Positions 1 through 17,961 of a stretch of DNA of 64,000 nucleotides are shown one piece after another. This stretch comes from Terriglobia bacterium (lineage in GTDB: Bacteria; Acidobacteriota; Terriglobia; JAJPHL01; JAPKYU01), in NCBI GenBank assembly GCA_965206645.1, contig CBDBKE010000003.1, positions 512,001 through 576,000 on the forward strand. Reading direction: 5' to 3'. The notes under the pieces are model-generated. The model was not told the origin of the DNA. It saw only the letters and a list, made by a program, of their open reading frames with translations, and searched no databases. A program made the position numbers and the translations under genes. The stretch's first letter is position 1, and the number at the start of each line of letters is the position of its first letter.

Positions 1-3000
1 AGCGGGGAAGTCCTGATGCACGCCGGCAGGAAAATCACGCCGCAGGTACTCAAGGAACTGCAGAAGGGCCGAGTGCAGCAGGTGGAGATTTCCCTCCACG
101 ATCTGGAAGGGGCGTTCACGGTGGCCGACGTCGTGAACCAGGAGTCGGGCGAAGTCCTGGCGGAAGCCAACAGCGAGCTGACTTCCAATTTGCTCTCCAT
201 TCTGCAAGATGCCAAGATTTCGGAGTTCAGCGTCTTGTTCCCTGAACGCGACGAGGTGGGTCCGGTCATCAGCCAGACCCTGAGGCGGGACATCATCAAG
301 ACTTCGCAGGAGGCTCTGATCGAGATCTACCGGAAGCTGCGCCCGGGAGATCCGCCCACTCTGGAAACAGCCACCTCGCTGTTCCAAGGGATGTTCTTTG
401 ACCCGCGCAAGTATGACTTTTCGCGGGTCGGGCGGTTGAAGTTGAACATCAAGTTGGGTGCAGATAGCTCCCTGGACAACCGCACCCTGGAGCAGGAGGA
501 CTTCTTCGCCACCATCCGCTACCAGCTCAAGCTGCGCCGCAATATCGGCAGTGTGGATGACATTGACCATCTGGGCAACCGACGCGTGCGGGCGGTGGGT
601 GAACTGCTGGAAAACCAGTTCCGCATCGGGCTGGTGCGCATGGAGCGGGCCATCAAGGAAAAGATGTCCGTCTACCAGGAGATCTCCACCGCGATGCCTC
701 ACGACCTGGTCAACGCCAAGCCGGTGATGGCCGCCATCCGGGAGTTCTTTGGCTCCAGCCAGCTCTCTCAGTTCATGGACCAGACGAACCCGCTGTCGGA
801 AATCACCCACAAGAGGCGCCTGTCAGCGCTGGGCCCGGGGGGCTTGAGTCGCGAGCGCGCGGGCTTCGAGGTGCGGGACGTGCATCCCACCCACTACGGC
901 CGCATTTGCCCCATCGAAACCCCGGAAGGCCCCAACATTGGATTGATCTCCTCGCTGTCCTGCTATGCGCAGATCAACGAGTTTGGCTTTATTGAGAGCC
1001 CCTACCGCAAGGTGGAGAAGGGGCGAGCAGTGGATTACGTCACAATCATCAACGGGGGCGATACCGGCTTGAAGGTGGCTGAGCACGTCGAGAAGCGCAG
1101 GCTTGAAGAGAGCAACCGCGAGACGAAGGCGCGGCACAAGCGGGTGGCCGAGTATGAGCCGTACTGCTTCTACCTCTCCGCCTGGGAGGAGGACAAGTAC
1201 GTGATCGCCCAGGCCAACGTGGAGTTGGACGAGAACGGACGCATCGTGCCCGAATTGGTGAACGCGCGCCAAGCGGGCAATTTCGTGCTGAAGAGCCGCG
1301 ACGAAATCGACTTCATTGACATCAGCCCGAAGCAGCTGGTTTCGGTGGCGGCCTCGCTGGTCCCCTTCCTGGAGAATGACGACGCCAACCGTGCCCTGAT
1401 GGGTTCCAACATGCAGCGCCAGGCCGTGCCACTGCTGCGAGCCGATGCGCCCCTGGTGGGTACGGGGATGGAATACGTCACCGCCCGCGATTCCGGTGCA
1501 GTGGTGCTGTGCCGGCGCAACGGGACCGTGGAGACGGTGGACAGCGAACGGATCATCGTGCGCGCCGAAGGGGAAGGGGAGCCGGGCACCATGTCGGCCG
1601 CCATCCACGCCGACGTCTACCGACTCACCAAGTTCAAGCGCTCCAACCAGAACACCTGCATCAACCAGAAGCCCGTGGTGCGCCGGGGCGAGCGCGTCGG
1701 CAGGGGACAGGTGCTGGCCGACGGCCCCTGCACGCACCGCGGCGAGCTGGCCCTGGGCCGCAACATCCTGGTGGCCTTCATGCCCTGGCGCGGCTACAAC
1801 TTCGAAGACGCGATCGTGGTCAGCGAGAAGCTGGTCAAGGAAGACAACTTCACCTCGATCCACATCGAGGAGTACGAGATCGAGGCGCGGGATACCAAGC
1901 TGGGCCCCGAAGATATCACCCGCGACATCCCCAACATCGCGGAGACCTTCCTGCGCGACCTGGACGAGAGCGGGATCATTCGCACCGGCGCCACCATCAG
2001 GCCAGGCGACATCTTCGTGGGCAAGGTAACCCCCAAGGGGGAAACCCAGCTGACCCCCGAGGAGAAACTGCTGCGCGCCATCTTCGGCGAGAAGGCGGGC
2101 GACGTGCGCGACGCCTCGCTCTACTGTCCCCCGGGCATTGAGGGCATTGTCGTGGATGTGAAAATTTTCTCTCGCAAGGGCCAGGAGAAAGACGAGCGCG
2201 CCAAGACCATTGAAGCCGCCGAGGTCACGCTCCTGGAAAGGAACTTGGCTGACCAGATCAAGATCCTTACCGACGAGCGGCGGAGCCGCTTGATGGCCCT
2301 GCTGGGTGCGAAGAGGCTGCTGGCCGACCTGCATGATGAGCGCACCAATAAGCGCCTGCTGAGCAAGGGCACGGTGCTGACACCGGATTTAATTGCCCAC
2401 ATCAAATCGCGAGACCTCAAGCGCATGAAGTTTGCCGACCGCGACCCGCGGCTCAACGAAGAGGTCGACGAGATTGAAGAGATGACGTCGCGGCAGATTG
2501 ACGTGCTGCAAAAGATCACCAAGGAGAAAGAGGAAAAGCTGAAGAAGGGCGATGAGCTGCCGCCGGGCGTGATCAAGCTGGTGAAGGTCTACATCGCCAT
2601 GAAGCGGAAGCTCTCGGTGGGCGACAAAATGGCTGGCCGGCACGGCAACAAGGGCGTCATCGCCCGGATCGTGCCCGAAGAGGACATGCCCCACCTGCCC
2701 GACGGCAAACCGGTGGAGATTGTGCTGAACCCGCTCGGGGTGCCTTCGCGCATGAACGTGGGCCAGATCCTGGAGACGCACCTGGGCTGGGCGGGCCAGG
2801 TGCTGGGGTTGCATTTCGCTTCCCCTGTCTTCGACGGCGCCACCGAGACCGAGATCAAGAAGATGCTGAAACAGGCAAACCTGCCCCTGTCCGGCAAGAC
2901 CGTGCTGTACGACGGGATGAACGGTGAGCCGTTCGAGCAGCCGGTGACGGTGGGCTACATCTACATGTTCAAGCTCTCGCACCTGGTGGACGACAAGATC

Positions 3001-3339
3001 CACGCCCGCTCGATCGGTCCCTACTCGCTGATCACCCAGCAGCCACTGGGGGGCAAGGCCCAGTTTGGCGGGCAGCGCTTCGGCGAAATGGAGGTGTGGG
3101 CTCTGGAGGCCTACGGCGCCGCCCACATCCTGCAGGAGCTGCTCACCGCCAAGTCCGACGACGTCTATGGCCGCGCCAAGATCTACGAAGCCATCGTCAA
3201 GGGCGAAGCGGCGATGGAGCCGGGAGTGCCGGAATCCTTCAACGTTTTGATTCGCGAGCTTCAGTCGCTGTGCCTGGACGTGGAACTGATGAAGCGCAAG
3301 AAAGAGCCGTTGGACACAGCGGCGGCTGCAGCCGATTAG
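1..3339 (+). CDS. rpoB: DNA-directed RNA polymerase subunit beta (5'-truncated by window edge)
   Basis: Motifs [44 protein letters not shown] and [16 protein letters not shown]; the N-terminus is missing and the frame is open from base 1. Confidence 0.99.
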   Translation, partial: SGEVLMHAGRKITPQVLKELQKGRVQQVEISLHDLEGAFTVADVVNQESGEVLAEANSELTSNLLSILQDAKISEFSVLFPERDEVGPVISQTLRRDIIKTSQEALIEIYRKLRPGDPPTLETATSLFQGMFFDPRKYDFSRVGRLKLNIKLGADSSLDNRTLEQEDFFATIRYQLKLRRNIGSVDDIDHLGNRRVRAVGELLENQFRIGLVRMERAIKEKMSVYQEISTAMPHDLVNAKPVMAAIREFFGSSQLSQFMDQTNPLSEITHKRRLSALGPGGLSRERAGFEVRDVHPTHYGRICPIETPEGPNIGLISSLSCYAQINEFGFIESPYRKVEKGRAVDYVTIINGGDTGLKVAEHVEKRRLEESNRETKARHKRVAEYEPYCFYLSAWEEDKYVIAQANVELDENGRIVPELVNARQAGNFVLKSRDEIDFIDISPKQLVSVAASLVPFLENDDANRALMGSNMQRQAVPLLRADAPLVGTGMEYVTARDSGAVVLCRRNGTVETVDSERIIVRAEGEGEPGTMSAAIHADVYRLTKFKRSNQNTCINQKPVVRRGERVGRGQVLADGPCTHRGELALGRNILVAFMPWRGYNFEDAIVVSEKLVKEDNFTSIHIEEYEIEARDTKLGPEDITRDIPNIAETFLRDLDESGIIRTGATIRPGDIFVGKVTPKGETQLTPEEKLLRAIFGEKAGDVRDASLYCPPGIEGIVVDVKIFSRKGQEKDERAKTIEAAEVTLLERNLADQIKILTDERRSRLMALLGAKRLLADLHDERTNKRLLSKGTVLTPDLIAHIKSRDLKRMKFADRDPRLNEEVDEIEEMTSRQIDVLQKITKEKEEKLKKGDELPPGVIKLVKVYIAMKRKLSVGDKMAGRHGNKGVIARIVPEEDMPHLPDGKPVEIVLNPLGVPSRMNVGQILETHLGWAGQVLGLHFASPVFDGATETEIKKMLKQANLPLSGKTVLYDGMNGEPFEQPVTVGYIYMFKLSHLVDDKIHARSIGPYSLITQQPLGGKAQFGGQRFGEMEVWALEAYGAAHILQELLTAKSDDVYGRAKIYEAIVKGEAAMEPGVPESFNVLIRELQSLCLDVELMKRKKEPLDTAAAAAD

Positions 3340-3460
3340 CGCTGTGGCGGTTGACAAGAGGAATCTGGATGCACGCAAAGGGCACCAACAGAACCGCTGC
3401 GCGAGCAGTTGGCGTCTGGATGCGTAAATTCTGGTTTCTTAGCCTTGGGGCGAATGCCCA

Positions 3461-7657
<4,197 letters not shown>

Positions 7658-7744
7658 CTGCTCGTTCTGGGCTCTGGCTTCGACCGCCCCGAGCCCGACA
7701 AGCGGCCAGGCACGGCGCTACTCCCCATTACTAGACGGGCCGTT

Positions 7745-8950
7745 TCAGCGTGCTTTGCCGAAAATGCGCTCTAGGATGCCCAGGGCCCGGTCCACATGCT
7801 CTTCGCCGATGATGTAGGGCGGAAGGAAGCGGAGCACGGTGTCGTGTGTGCTGTTCACGAGCAGTCCGGCCTGCATCGCTTCGCTGACAATGGGGCGGGC
7901 GTCGAAATCCAGGTCAGCGGCCAGCATCAGCCCGCGGCCGCGCACAGCTTTGATAAAGGGAAACCGGCGCTGGAGTTGGCGCAGGCGACGCTGGAAGTAG
8001 GCGCCCACGCGCCGGACGTTCTTAAGCAACTTCTCCTGCTCTAGGATATCCAGGAATTCCAGGGCCACGCGGCAGGCCAGCGGCCCGCCTCCAAAGGTGC
8101 TTCCATGCATGCCGGTGCCTAGCGCGGCCGCCACCGGCTCGCGGGCGATGATGGCGCCCAGCGGCAAGCCCGCGGCCAGGGGCTTGGCCGCCACCACGAT
8201 GTCCGGCTTCACCCCAAGGCGGCGAAAGGCGAAGTAGTCGCCCGTCCGCCCCAACCCGCACTGGATCTCGTCCAGGATGAGCAGGGCGTCATACTGGCGC
8301 GCCAGTTGTGCGGCCGCGCGCAGGAATTCCAGGTCCAACTCGAAGATGCCGCCCTCCCCCTGGATGGGTTCCAGCAGAATCGCCGCCGTATGCTCGTTGA
8401 CTCGGGCCCGCAGGTCGGCCACGTCATTGAACCTGACGAACTCCACGCCGGGCAGCAAGGGGCGGAACGGCAGGCGGTACTTCTCTTGCCCGGTGGCGGC
8501 CAGGGCGCCCAACGTGCGTCCGTGGAAGGAGTTATCCAGCGCCACCAGGTGAAACTTGTTCTGCGCCTTGGCGCAGTAGGCCCGGGCCAGTTTGAGCGCG
8601 CCCTCGATTGCCTCGGTCCCGCTGTTGCACAGAAAGACGCGGTCCAGGCCGGCGAGCTTGGCTAGGCGCGCCGCTAGGGGCGCCTGGTAGGCGTGGTAGT
8701 ACAGGTTGGATACGTGGATGGCCCGGCGAGCCTGCTCCCGCATCACCTTCACGATGCGGGGGTGCGCGTGACCCAGCGCGTTTACCCCCAGGCCGCTGAG
8801 GAAATCCAGGTACTTGCGCCCTTCGGTGTCGTACACCCAGCAGCCGCGCCCGCGCTCAATCGCCAGCGGGTAGCGGGCATAGGTCTGAATCAGGTACTTC
8901 TTTTCCAGCTCTTCGATCGACGGTAAACGCCGCTTTTGCCTCGCGCGCAT
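7745..8950 (-). CDS. argD: Acetylornithine/succinylornithine aminotransferase (class III PLP)
   Basis: NSGTEAIEGALK, FHGRT, EPIQGEGG, DEIQCGLGRTG, AAKPLAAG (PLP lysine), HGSTFGG. Confidence 0.9.
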   Translation of the reverse strand: MRARQKRRLPSIEELEKKYLIQTYARYPLAIERGRGCWVYDTEGRKYLDFLSGLGVNALGHAHPRIVKVMREQARRAIHVSNLYYHAYQAPLAARLAKLAGLDRVFLCNSGTEAIEGALKLARAYCAKAQNKFHLVALDNSFHGRTLGALAATGQEKYRLPFRPLLPGVEFVRFNDVADLRARVNEHTAAILLEPIQGEGGIFELDLEFLRAAAQLARQYDALLILDEIQCGLGRTGDYFAFRRLGVKPDIVVAAKPLAAGLPLGAIIAREPVAAALGTGMHGSTFGGGPLACRVALEFLDILEQEKLLKNVRRVGAYFQRRLRQLQRRFPFIKAVRGRGLMLAADLDFDARPIVSEAMQAGLLVNSTHDTVLRFLPPYIIGEEHVDRALGILERIFGKAR

Positions 8951-9023
8951 GGCCGAAACTATATCGCAAACGACACTCCCGCATCAGCGGTTTCGGCCCC
9001 GACCGCAACTCTCGACCGCGACT

Positions 9024-9911
9024 CTACGAAGGCGCCACCACGGTGAGCGCGCCGGGGAATAGTTCCACTTCGGCCGGGGTGTGGCCGATAAATTCCCCAT
9101 CAGCGAAAATGTCTAGCGGGCGATCGGCTTCTACACGAACGCGCGAGGCCTGCAAGTAGGTCACCTCGGGGTGGCGCAGGTGGGTGCCGGAAAACACGCC
9201 AGGGAAGCGGAAAAGCAGCTTCAGCCGGGACATGTCGCGGACCAAACACAGGTCGAGCCGCCCGTCGGCCATGTCGGCGTGCGGGGCAATCCGCATGCCT
9301 CCGCCGTAGCTGGAAGCATTGCCGACGGCAAGCAGCATCATGGGTCCTCGAAGTTCGCCGCTGTCGCTTTGAATGTGAACCACCGGGACGCGCCACTCGA
9401 CCAAGGTGCGCAGCAGGGCGTAGATGTAGATGGCAGTGCCACGCAGGCGGCGGTGGCGGTTGGCGATGCGGTTGGCGTGAGAGTCCAGCCCGAAGCTGGC
9501 GATGCAGCCGAACCAGCGCCCCGCCACCCGCGCCAGGTCTACCCGACGCAGCGGGCCGGTGAGGGCCAGGCGCGTCGCTGCCTCCGTATCCCGCGGCAGG
9601 CCAAGGTTTCGCGCCAGGTCGTTTGCGCTGCCCAGCGGAACAATGCCCAGGGCCGCGCTGTTTTCTGAGGGGATTGTGCCCGCCCCGGCCAGGCCGTTCA
9701 GCACGTGATGGGCGGTGCCGTCGCCGCCCACGGCAACTACTCGTCCGTAGCCCGCATCGGCGGCTGCGCGGGCGCGCTCGAAAGCTTCCTCGGGCGATCT
9801 GGTCTCGGCCACTTCGGCGCCCAACTCCTGACACAACCGGCGCACCTGTTCCAGTTTCTTACGATAGTGACCGGGCCCAGCCGCTACATTCACCAACACC
9901 AGGGCTTTCAT
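9024..9911 (-). CDS. Diacylglycerol/lipid kinase family protein (YegS/DgkB-like)
   Basis: GGDGT, PLGSANDLAR, YGGG and ADGE motifs. Confidence 0.9.
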   Translation of the reverse strand: MKALVLVNVAAGPGHYRKKLEQVRRLCQELGAEVAETRSPEEAFERARAAADAGYGRVVAVGGDGTAHHVLNGLAGAGTIPSENSAALGIVPLGSANDLARNLGLPRDTEAATRLALTGPLRRVDLARVAGRWFGCIASFGLDSHANRIANRHRRLRGTAIYIYALLRTLVEWRVPVVHIQSDSGELRGPMMLLAVGNASSYGGGMRIAPHADMADGRLDLCLVRDMSRLKLLFRFPGVFSGTHLRHPEVTYLQASRVRVEADRPLDIFADGEFIGHTPAEVELFPGALTVVAPS

Positions 9912-9926
9912 TTCACAGAAAAACGA

Positions 9927-10010
9927 ATCCGCAGATTACACAGATTTCGCAGATTCTGTCTTTCCGCACTTAGATTGGACCATCTGCGAAAATCTGCGAA
10001 ATCTGCGGAT
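9927..10010. repeat. Imperfect palindrome built from 9-nt (GCAGATTNN-like) units
   Basis: ATCCGCAGATTACACAGATTTCGCAGAT at 9927-9954 is nearly complementary to ATCTGCGAAAATCTGCGAAATCTGCGGAT at 9982-10010. Confidence 0.85.
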
Positions 10011-10022
10011 GAATCTTGCTTT

Positions 10023-11827
<1,805 letters not shown>

Positions 11828-12436
11828 TCAGTACGAGGTTAATGGCCTCGGAGTAGATCCGGTGCTCTTCGCGCAGGATGCGTGCAGACAGCGTGTCCGG
11901 CGTATCGTCATCGAGCACCGGGACGCAGGCCTGCAGGATGATCGGTCCGTGGTCCACGAACTCGTCCACAAAGTGCACCGTGCAGCCGCTCACCTTAACA
12001 CCGTATTCTAAGGCCTGGCGCTGAGCTTCCAGGCCTGAGAAGGCAGGCAACAGCCCGGGATGGATGTTCAAGATTCGGTCGCGAAATTCCCGGACAACGT
12101 GGGGGCTGAGCACGCGCATAAACCCAGCCAGGCACACCAGGTCCACCTGTTTTTCTCGGAGCGCCGCCACCACCTGGCGGTCGTAGGCCTCCCGCTCCAG
12201 GCCCTTGGAAGGGAGAACGCCGGTGGGCAGGCCGCGCTGCCGGGCCCGCTCCAGGCCCAAAGCATCGGGGCGGTTACTGAGCACGACGGCGATCTCGGCG
12301 TTGATACGGCCGGCGGCGACATTGTCGGCGATCGCTTCAAAGTTCGAGCCGCGGCCGCTGAGCAGGACCGCGATTCGCTTCTTCATCCCGACAACCCTCC
12401 TGCAGTTGCTTATCGCTCTGACCGGAGGTCTTGGCC

Positions 12437-13468
12437 TTACACGTACTCTACCCGGCCCTTGCCAGGGACGACCCGGCCGATCAGGTAATGTTGTTCCTTC
12501 AGCCGGTCCAGCAGCGCGGCCGCCCGACTGTGGCGCGTCGGGGGAACGATCAGGACTAGGCCGACGCCCATATTGAAAGTGCGGAGCATTTCGGCGTCGG
12601 CAATCGCTCCCAACTTTTGAAGATAGCCGAAAATTGGCGGAACGGGCCAGGAATCCAGTCGAATTCGCGCGCGCAGCTTGTGGGGCAAGACGCGCGGGAC
12701 ATTTTCGGTGAGGCCGCCACCGGTGATGTGGGCGGCAGCGGCCAGGGCGCCTTCCTGCTGGAGACTCCGCAGCACCTGGAGGTAGCTGCGGTGCACCCGC
12801 AGCAGCTCCTTGCCCAGGGTTCCCTCCAGTTCGGGAACGCGGGAATCCACCCGTAGCGCCGCTTGCTCGAACAGCAGCTTGCGGGCCAGCGAGTAGCCGT
12901 TGGTGTGCAGTCCGGTCGATGGAATGCCGAGCAGCAGATGACCGGCGCGCACACGGCTGGGGTCCAGAATCTTGCGACGTTCGACCACACCCACGATGAA
13001 GCCGGCCATGTCGTATTCCCCGTCGGCGTAGAACCCGGGCATCTCGGCGGTCTCCCCGCCAACCAGCGCACAGCCGTTGGCGCGGCACGCTTTGGCCACT
13101 CCGGAGATGATCTGCTCGGTGACGGGCTGCTTCAGGCGCCCGGTGGCCAGATAGTCGAGGAAGAACAGAGGCTCTGCACCCCCGACGGCGATGTCGTTGA
13201 CGCAGTGATTGACCAGGTCGGTGCCCACGGTCCGATGGTTGCCCGTAAGGAACGCCACTTTGAGTTTGGTGCCAACGCCGTCACAACTGGATACCAGGAC
13301 CGGGTCTCGCCACCGGCGCTTGGGCATGCGGAACAACCCCCCAAAGCCGCCAATTTCCGCCAGAACATCTCGGGTAAAAGTCTTGCGGGCCAGCAAACGG
13401 ATTTGGGAGCGGGTGCTGCGGGCCATCGCGCGGTTTACACCGGCGTCGGCGTAGGTGATGGGCTTCAA
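12437..13468 (-). CDS. purM: Phosphoribosylformylglycinamidine cyclo-ligase (AIR synthase)
   Basis: TYADAGV, DGVGTKL, GGETAEMPG, GLHTNGYSL, HITGGG, TFNMGVG; TTG start at 13468 overlaps the lepB stop (TTGA). Confidence 0.96.
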   Translation of the reverse strand: MKPITYADAGVNRAMARSTRSQIRLLARKTFTRDVLAEIGGFGGLFRMPKRRWRDPVLVSSCDGVGTKLKVAFLTGNHRTVGTDLVNHCVNDIAVGGAEPLFFLDYLATGRLKQPVTEQIISGVAKACRANGCALVGGETAEMPGFYADGEYDMAGFIVGVVERRKILDPSRVRAGHLLLGIPSTGLHTNGYSLARKLLFEQAALRVDSRVPELEGTLGKELLRVHRSYLQVLRSLQQEGALAAAAHITGGGLTENVPRVLPHKLRARIRLDSWPVPPIFGYLQKLGAIADAEMLRTFNMGVGLVLIVPPTRHSRAAALLDRLKEQHYLIGRVVPGKGRVEYV

Positions 13469-14274
13469 AACAGCAATCCTGTGCGGGCCCACCGGGTTTT
13501 GGAAAAGAAGTTCCTCACCACCGAGGCGTAGAAGCGAGCCCGATTCAGAACGCCTTCCTGAAGCCAGTCATCCGTGGGCGCCTCGTAGGACCAGTACACC
13601 AGCAGCGGCTTGCCGACCACGTTCTCCAATGGCACCGAACCCCAGAAGCGGCTATCGTTGGAATTGTCACGATTGTCGCCCATGACAAACAGGTGCCCGG
13701 CCGGGACCGTGGTCGGCCCGTAGTTCTCGCGCCGTCTTGGGTGGGTGTGCACGGCGTAGGGCTCCTTCAACCTTTGCCCGTTGATCAAGACCTGGTGGCC
13801 AAGCACTTCCACTCGGTCGCCCGGCACCCCGATGACGCGCTTCACGTAGATCAAGGAGGGGTCACGGGGATAGCGGAAGGCCACAATGTCCTGACCCTTC
13901 ACGTGGCGCACAGCCGGCAGCCTCCAGTCGGTGAACGGGATGCGTGGCCCGTAGAGGAGCCTGGTCAAGAATACATGGTCTCCCACCAGGATCGTGTTTT
14001 CCATGGAGGCGGTGGGGATGATCGTTGGCTCACCGACGAAGGTGCGAATCAGGAACACAAGGACCACGATGCTGGCCAGCCAGCGGATATGGGCTAACAC
14101 CGCCGAGCGACCAGACCGGGTGGCCCCGGACGGAGCTACCGGAGCAGCGCCTTCTCCAGTCTCCTCGGAAACGGCCTCGACCGGCTCTGGGGCAGCCATG
14201 GCTTGGCCGCACGAGCCTTCTCCGGCGGTATGCAGGAGAGCCGCGCCGGTCCCTTCACGTGCCTCGTCTTGCAA
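13465..14274 (-). CDS. lepB: Signal peptidase I (start uncertain, possibly ATG 14199)
   Basis: TM segment, IPTASME (catalytic Ser), YVKRVIG (catalytic Lys), GDNRDNSNDSRFWG. Confidence 0.93.
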   Translation of the reverse strand: MQDEAREGTGAALLHTAGEGSCGQAMAAPEPVEAVSEETGEGAAPVAPSGATRSGRSAVLAHIRWLASIVVLVFLIRTFVGEPTIIPTASMENTILVGDHVFLTRLLYGPRIPFTDWRLPAVRHVKGQDIVAFRYPRDPSLIYVKRVIGVPGDRVEVLGHQVLINGQRLKEPYAVHTHPRRRENYGPTTVPAGHLFVMGDNRDNSNDSRFWGSVPLENVVGKPLLVYWSYEAPTDDWLQEGVLNRARFYASVVRNFFSKTRWARTGLLF

Positions 14275-15670
14275 GGCCAGCCTCCAGCTCGGCGTTCGGC
14301 AACTCGGTAGGATACTTACGGGTGTAGCAGGCAGTACAGTAGCGGCTGTCCTGATCCTCCACCGCCCGCCGCAGGCTCTCCAAGGAGAGGTAGGCCAGCG
14401 AGTCGGCGTTGGTGTACTCGCGGATCTGCTCGATCGAGCAGTTGGCGGCGATCAGTTCCTTTTCGTTGGGAGTGTCCACGCCGTAGTAGCAGGGAGAAAT
14501 GGTGGGGGGGCAGGAGATGCGCATGTGGACTTCGCGGGCCCCGGCCTCACGGATCATGCGTACGATTTTTCGACTGGTGGTGCCGCGCACGATGGAATCG
14601 TCCACCAACACCACCCGCTGCCCCTCCAGCAGGGTACGCACCGGATTCAGCTTCAGCTTGACGCCAAAGTCGCGGATGGTCTGTTCTGGCTCGATGAAAG
14701 TGCGGCCCACGTAGTGGTTGCGGATCAAGCCAAATTTCAGCGGAAGGCCGGATTCGTTGGCGTAGCCGGCCGCGGCAGGGACGCCGGAATCGGGCACGGG
14801 AACCACAATGTCGGCTCCGGCCGGAGCCTCGCGCGCCAGCAACCGTCCCAGCATCTCGCGGGACTCGTGCACGGGGCGCCCGAAGACGATGCTGTCCGGA
14901 CGGGAGAAGTAAACGTGCTCAAAAATGCAATAGTGGTGCGGCATCGGCGCGCTGAACCGCGTCCGGGTAGAGCTTCCGGCCTCGGCCACCACCAACTCGC
15001 CCGGCTCGATTTCCCCATCGTAGCGAGCGCCCAGCAGGTCGAAGGCGCAGGTTTCTGAAGCAACGACCACGGCGCCATCCAGCTGGCCCAGGCAGAGGGG
15101 CCGGAAGCCGCGCGGGTCCCGCACGGCGATGAGCCGGTCGCGAGTTAGCAGCACCAGGGAATAAGCACCTTCCACCTGGTGCAGTGCCTCCGCAAGGGCG
15201 TCGATCAGCAGCTTCTGGCGCGAGTGGGCGATAAGGTGCAGGATGACTTCGCTGTCGCTAGTGGTCTGGAAGATGGAGCCCCGCTGTTCCAGGCGCCGGC
15301 GGACTTGCCGCGCGTTCACCAGGTTGCCGTTGTGCGCCAGAGCCAGCAAGCCTTTATTGCAGTCCACGGTTAACGGCTGGGCGTTGTTCAGCGAGGTGTC
15401 GCCGGCCGTCGAGTAGCGCGTGTGGCCGACCGCGAACTGTCCGTGGAGTGACGCCAGTGCGGGCTCGCTGAAGACTTCCGACACCTCTCCCATACCCTTG
15501 TGCGCGCGCAACTGGAGGCCGTCGCTGGCCACGATCCCCGCGCTTTCCTGGCCACGGTGCTGGAGCGCATGCAGCCCCAGGTAAACCAGCTTGGCCGCTT
15601 CCGGGTGGCCACAGACTCCCATCACACCACATTCGTCGCGGAACTTGTCCGGCCTGATCACTGCGGCCAT
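14255..15670 (-). CDS. purF: Amidophosphoribosyltransferase
   Basis: Propeptide followed by ECGV, QHRGQESAG, VDDSIVRGTT PRPP site, Fe-S cysteines (CIFE, CYYG, CTAC). Confidence 0.97.
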   Translation of the reverse strand: MAAVIRPDKFRDECGVMGVCGHPEAAKLVYLGLHALQHRGQESAGIVASDGLQLRAHKGMGEVSEVFSEPALASLHGQFAVGHTRYSTAGDTSLNNAQPLTVDCNKGLLALAHNGNLVNARQVRRRLEQRGSIFQTTSDSEVILHLIAHSRQKLLIDALAEALHQVEGAYSLVLLTRDRLIAVRDPRGFRPLCLGQLDGAVVVASETCAFDLLGARYDGEIEPGELVVAEAGSSTRTRFSAPMPHHYCIFEHVYFSRPDSIVFGRPVHESREMLGRLLAREAPAGADIVVPVPDSGVPAAAGYANESGLPLKFGLIRNHYVGRTFIEPEQTIRDFGVKLKLNPVRTLLEGQRVVLVDDSIVRGTTSRKIVRMIREAGAREVHMRISCPPTISPCYYGVDTPNEKELIAANCSIEQIREYTNADSLAYLSLESLRRAVEDQDSRYCTACYTRKYPTELPNAELEAGLARRGT

Positions 15671-15700
15671 TATTGCTCCTGGTGCTTCCCCTCGTGGACT

Positions 15701-17956
15701 TCAGTTTTTCAGCTTTAGGTTGTCTGGCAAGGCCTGTTCCCAGATCACTTGCAATTCTTCGACGGTACTCTGGACCGCTGGGTTTCCGTTCACACTTAAC
15801 GAGAACCGTCCCGGTCGGGTCACGCCTAGCTCGTCGGCGCTGACCTCATATTGTGCCGCAATCGAATCCAGCGCGGCAAGGCGATTCTCCGCCACCGACA
15901 CCACAATGCGGGAGGAAAATTCAGCGAACAGGGCCAGTTGCGGACCGAGCGCGGAATCCAGGTTGGCCTCCAGCCCCATGCCGGAAAGGCAAGATTCGGC
16001 CAGCGTCACGACCAGACCCCCATCGCTGACGTCGTGGGCCGATTCAATCACGCCCTGGCGGACCAGCTCACGGCAGCAGGCCTGAACCCGAGCCTCATAC
16101 TCCAGATCCAGTGCGGGCGGCAACCCCCAGACACACCCCAGCACGCTGCGGGCATATTCGGTGGAACCGAAGCGCACCGCCGCCTCGTTGACGTCGCCGT
16201 CGGGGATGCCTCCTAGCAACACGACGCGGCGGCCGGCTGCGCGGAAGCAGTACCCGAGTGGCGTGGCGTCCTTTTCCAGCAGGCCCACCATGCCGACCAC
16301 CGGTGTGGGGTAAATGCTCTGGCCCAGTGTCTCATTGTAGAAGCTGACGTTGCCGCCGGTGACCGGGGTCTGGAGGGCGCGGCAGGCTTCCGCCAGGCCT
16401 TCCACGGCCTCAGCGAACTGCCACATGACTTCGGGTTTTTCCGGATTGCCGAAGTTCAGGCAATTCGTGGCGGCGATGGGCCGCGCCCCAGTGCAACTCA
16501 CGTTGCGACTGGCTTCGGCGACCGCCAAGCGCGCGCCCAGGCGCGGTTCCAGCCAGGCGTAACGTCCGTTGCCGTCCAGGCTGATGGCCAGACCCTGGCC
16601 TGTTTCTTTCAAGCGGAGGACAGCCGCATCGCTGCCTGGCCCCGCGATGGTGTTGGTGCGCACCATCGAGTCGTACTGCTCCCAGATCCAGCGCTTGCCG
16701 GCGATGGTGGGCGAGCCCAGTAGCTGTTTGCAGTCGGCGGTCAGGTTGCGCGCCCCGAAGCCGTGGCGGAATTCCAGGGGAGGCTCCAGCGGAACGGGCC
16801 GGGGAGCCGGCTTGCGCGGGCGCAGGTAAGCCGGGGCCTCCCGCGCCAGGGCGGCGTTGGGAATGTCAGCCACCACCCGGCTGTGATGGCGCACGCGCAG
16901 CCGCTGGTCGTTGGTGACTACGCCGATGGCCACTGCGTCCAGGCCCCACTTGTGGAAGACCGCAGAAATTTCCTGCTCCCGCCCGCGTTCGGCCACCAGC
17001 AGCATCCGCTCCTGCGACTCGCTGAGCATGATTTCGTAGGGAGACATGCCCGTCTCGCGCTGCGGGACCCGGTCCAGTTCGATCTCGATTCCAGTGCCAG
17101 CCCGCGCGCCCATTTCGCAGTTGGAGCAGGTGAGCCCTGCGGCGCCCATGTCCTGGATGCCCACGACCGCCCCGGTCTGCATTGCTTCCAGGCACGCCTC
17201 CAGCAGCAGTTTCTCCAGGAAAGGGTCGCCCACCTGGACGTTGGGGCGTTTCTGCCGGGATTCCTCCGTGAACTCGGCCGAGGCCAGCAAGGACGCCCCG
17301 TGAATGCCGTCCCGGCCGGTCTTGGCCCCCACGTAGATGACTGTGTTTCCCGGCCCGCCGGCACGCGCAAAAAACAGCCGCTCAGCGGGAGCCACGCCCA
17401 GGGCAAACACGTTGACCAGCGGGTTGGAGCTGTAGCACGGCTCGAAGACAGCCTCCCCTCCCACCGTCGGCACCCCGAAACAGTTGCCGTAGTGGGCGAT
17501 GCCCCGGACCACCCCGTCCAGGATGCGCCGGTTCCGCGCCGCTTGGGCGTCTGTCTGCACGGGCCCAAATCGCAGCGAATCCAGCACCGCAATGGGCCGT
17601 GCGCCCATGGTGAAGATGTCCCGCAGGATGCCGCCTACCCCGGTGGCTGCGCCCTGGAAGGGCTCGACAAAACTGGGGTGGTTATGCGATTCGATCTTGA
17701 AGACGCAGGCCCAGCCGTCGCCAATGTCAATGACGCCGGCGTTCTCGCCGGGGCCCTGCAGCACGCACGGGCCCTCGGTGGGCAGGTTCTTTAGCAGCAG
17801 GCGCGAACTCTTGTAGCTGCAGTGCTCGCTCCACATCACGCTGAAGATGCCCAGTTCGGTCAGGTTCGGCTCTCGCCCCAGCAGTTCGAGGATCCGGGCG
17901 TATTCTGCGGCGGTGATCTGGTGTTGCGTGACTACGTCGGGAGTAATCGTGCTCAC
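15701..17956 (-). CDS. purL: FGAM synthase subunit PurL (small form)
   Basis: [32 protein letters not shown]; GTG start at 17956 just after the purQ stop. Confidence 0.97.
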   Translation of the reverse strand: MSTITPDVVTQHQITAAEYARILELLGREPNLTELGIFSVMWSEHCSYKSSRLLLKNLPTEGPCVLQGPGENAGVIDIGDGWACVFKIESHNHPSFVEPFQGAATGVGGILRDIFTMGARPIAVLDSLRFGPVQTDAQAARNRRILDGVVRGIAHYGNCFGVPTVGGEAVFEPCYSSNPLVNVFALGVAPAERLFFARAGGPGNTVIYVGAKTGRDGIHGASLLASAEFTEESRQKRPNVQVGDPFLEKLLLEACLEAMQTGAVVGIQDMGAAGLTCSNCEMGARAGTGIEIELDRVPQRETGMSPYEIMLSESQERMLLVAERGREQEISAVFHKWGLDAVAIGVVTNDQRLRVRHHSRVVADIPNAALAREAPAYLRPRKPAPRPVPLEPPLEFRHGFGARNLTADCKQLLGSPTIAGKRWIWEQYDSMVRTNTIAGPGSDAAVLRLKETGQGLAISLDGNGRYAWLEPRLGARLAVAEASRNVSCTGARPIAATNCLNFGNPEKPEVMWQFAEAVEGLAEACRALQTPVTGGNVSFYNETLGQSIYPTPVVGMVGLLEKDATPLGYCFRAAGRRVVLLGGIPDGDVNEAAVRFGSTEYARSVLGCVWGLPPALDLEYEARVQACCRELVRQGVIESAHDVSDGGLVVTLAESCLSGMGLEANLDSALGPQLALFAEFSSRIVVSVAENRLAALDSIAAQYEVSADELGVTRPGRFSLSVNGNPAVQSTVEELQVIWEQALPDNLKLKN

Positions 17957-17961
17957 ACGGA

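Noticed and set aside
12387-13088. Apparent 230-aa N-terminal extension of PurN
   Set aside because: Overlaps purM in another frame; PurN homology starts at ATG 12386, which has an upstream GGAGG
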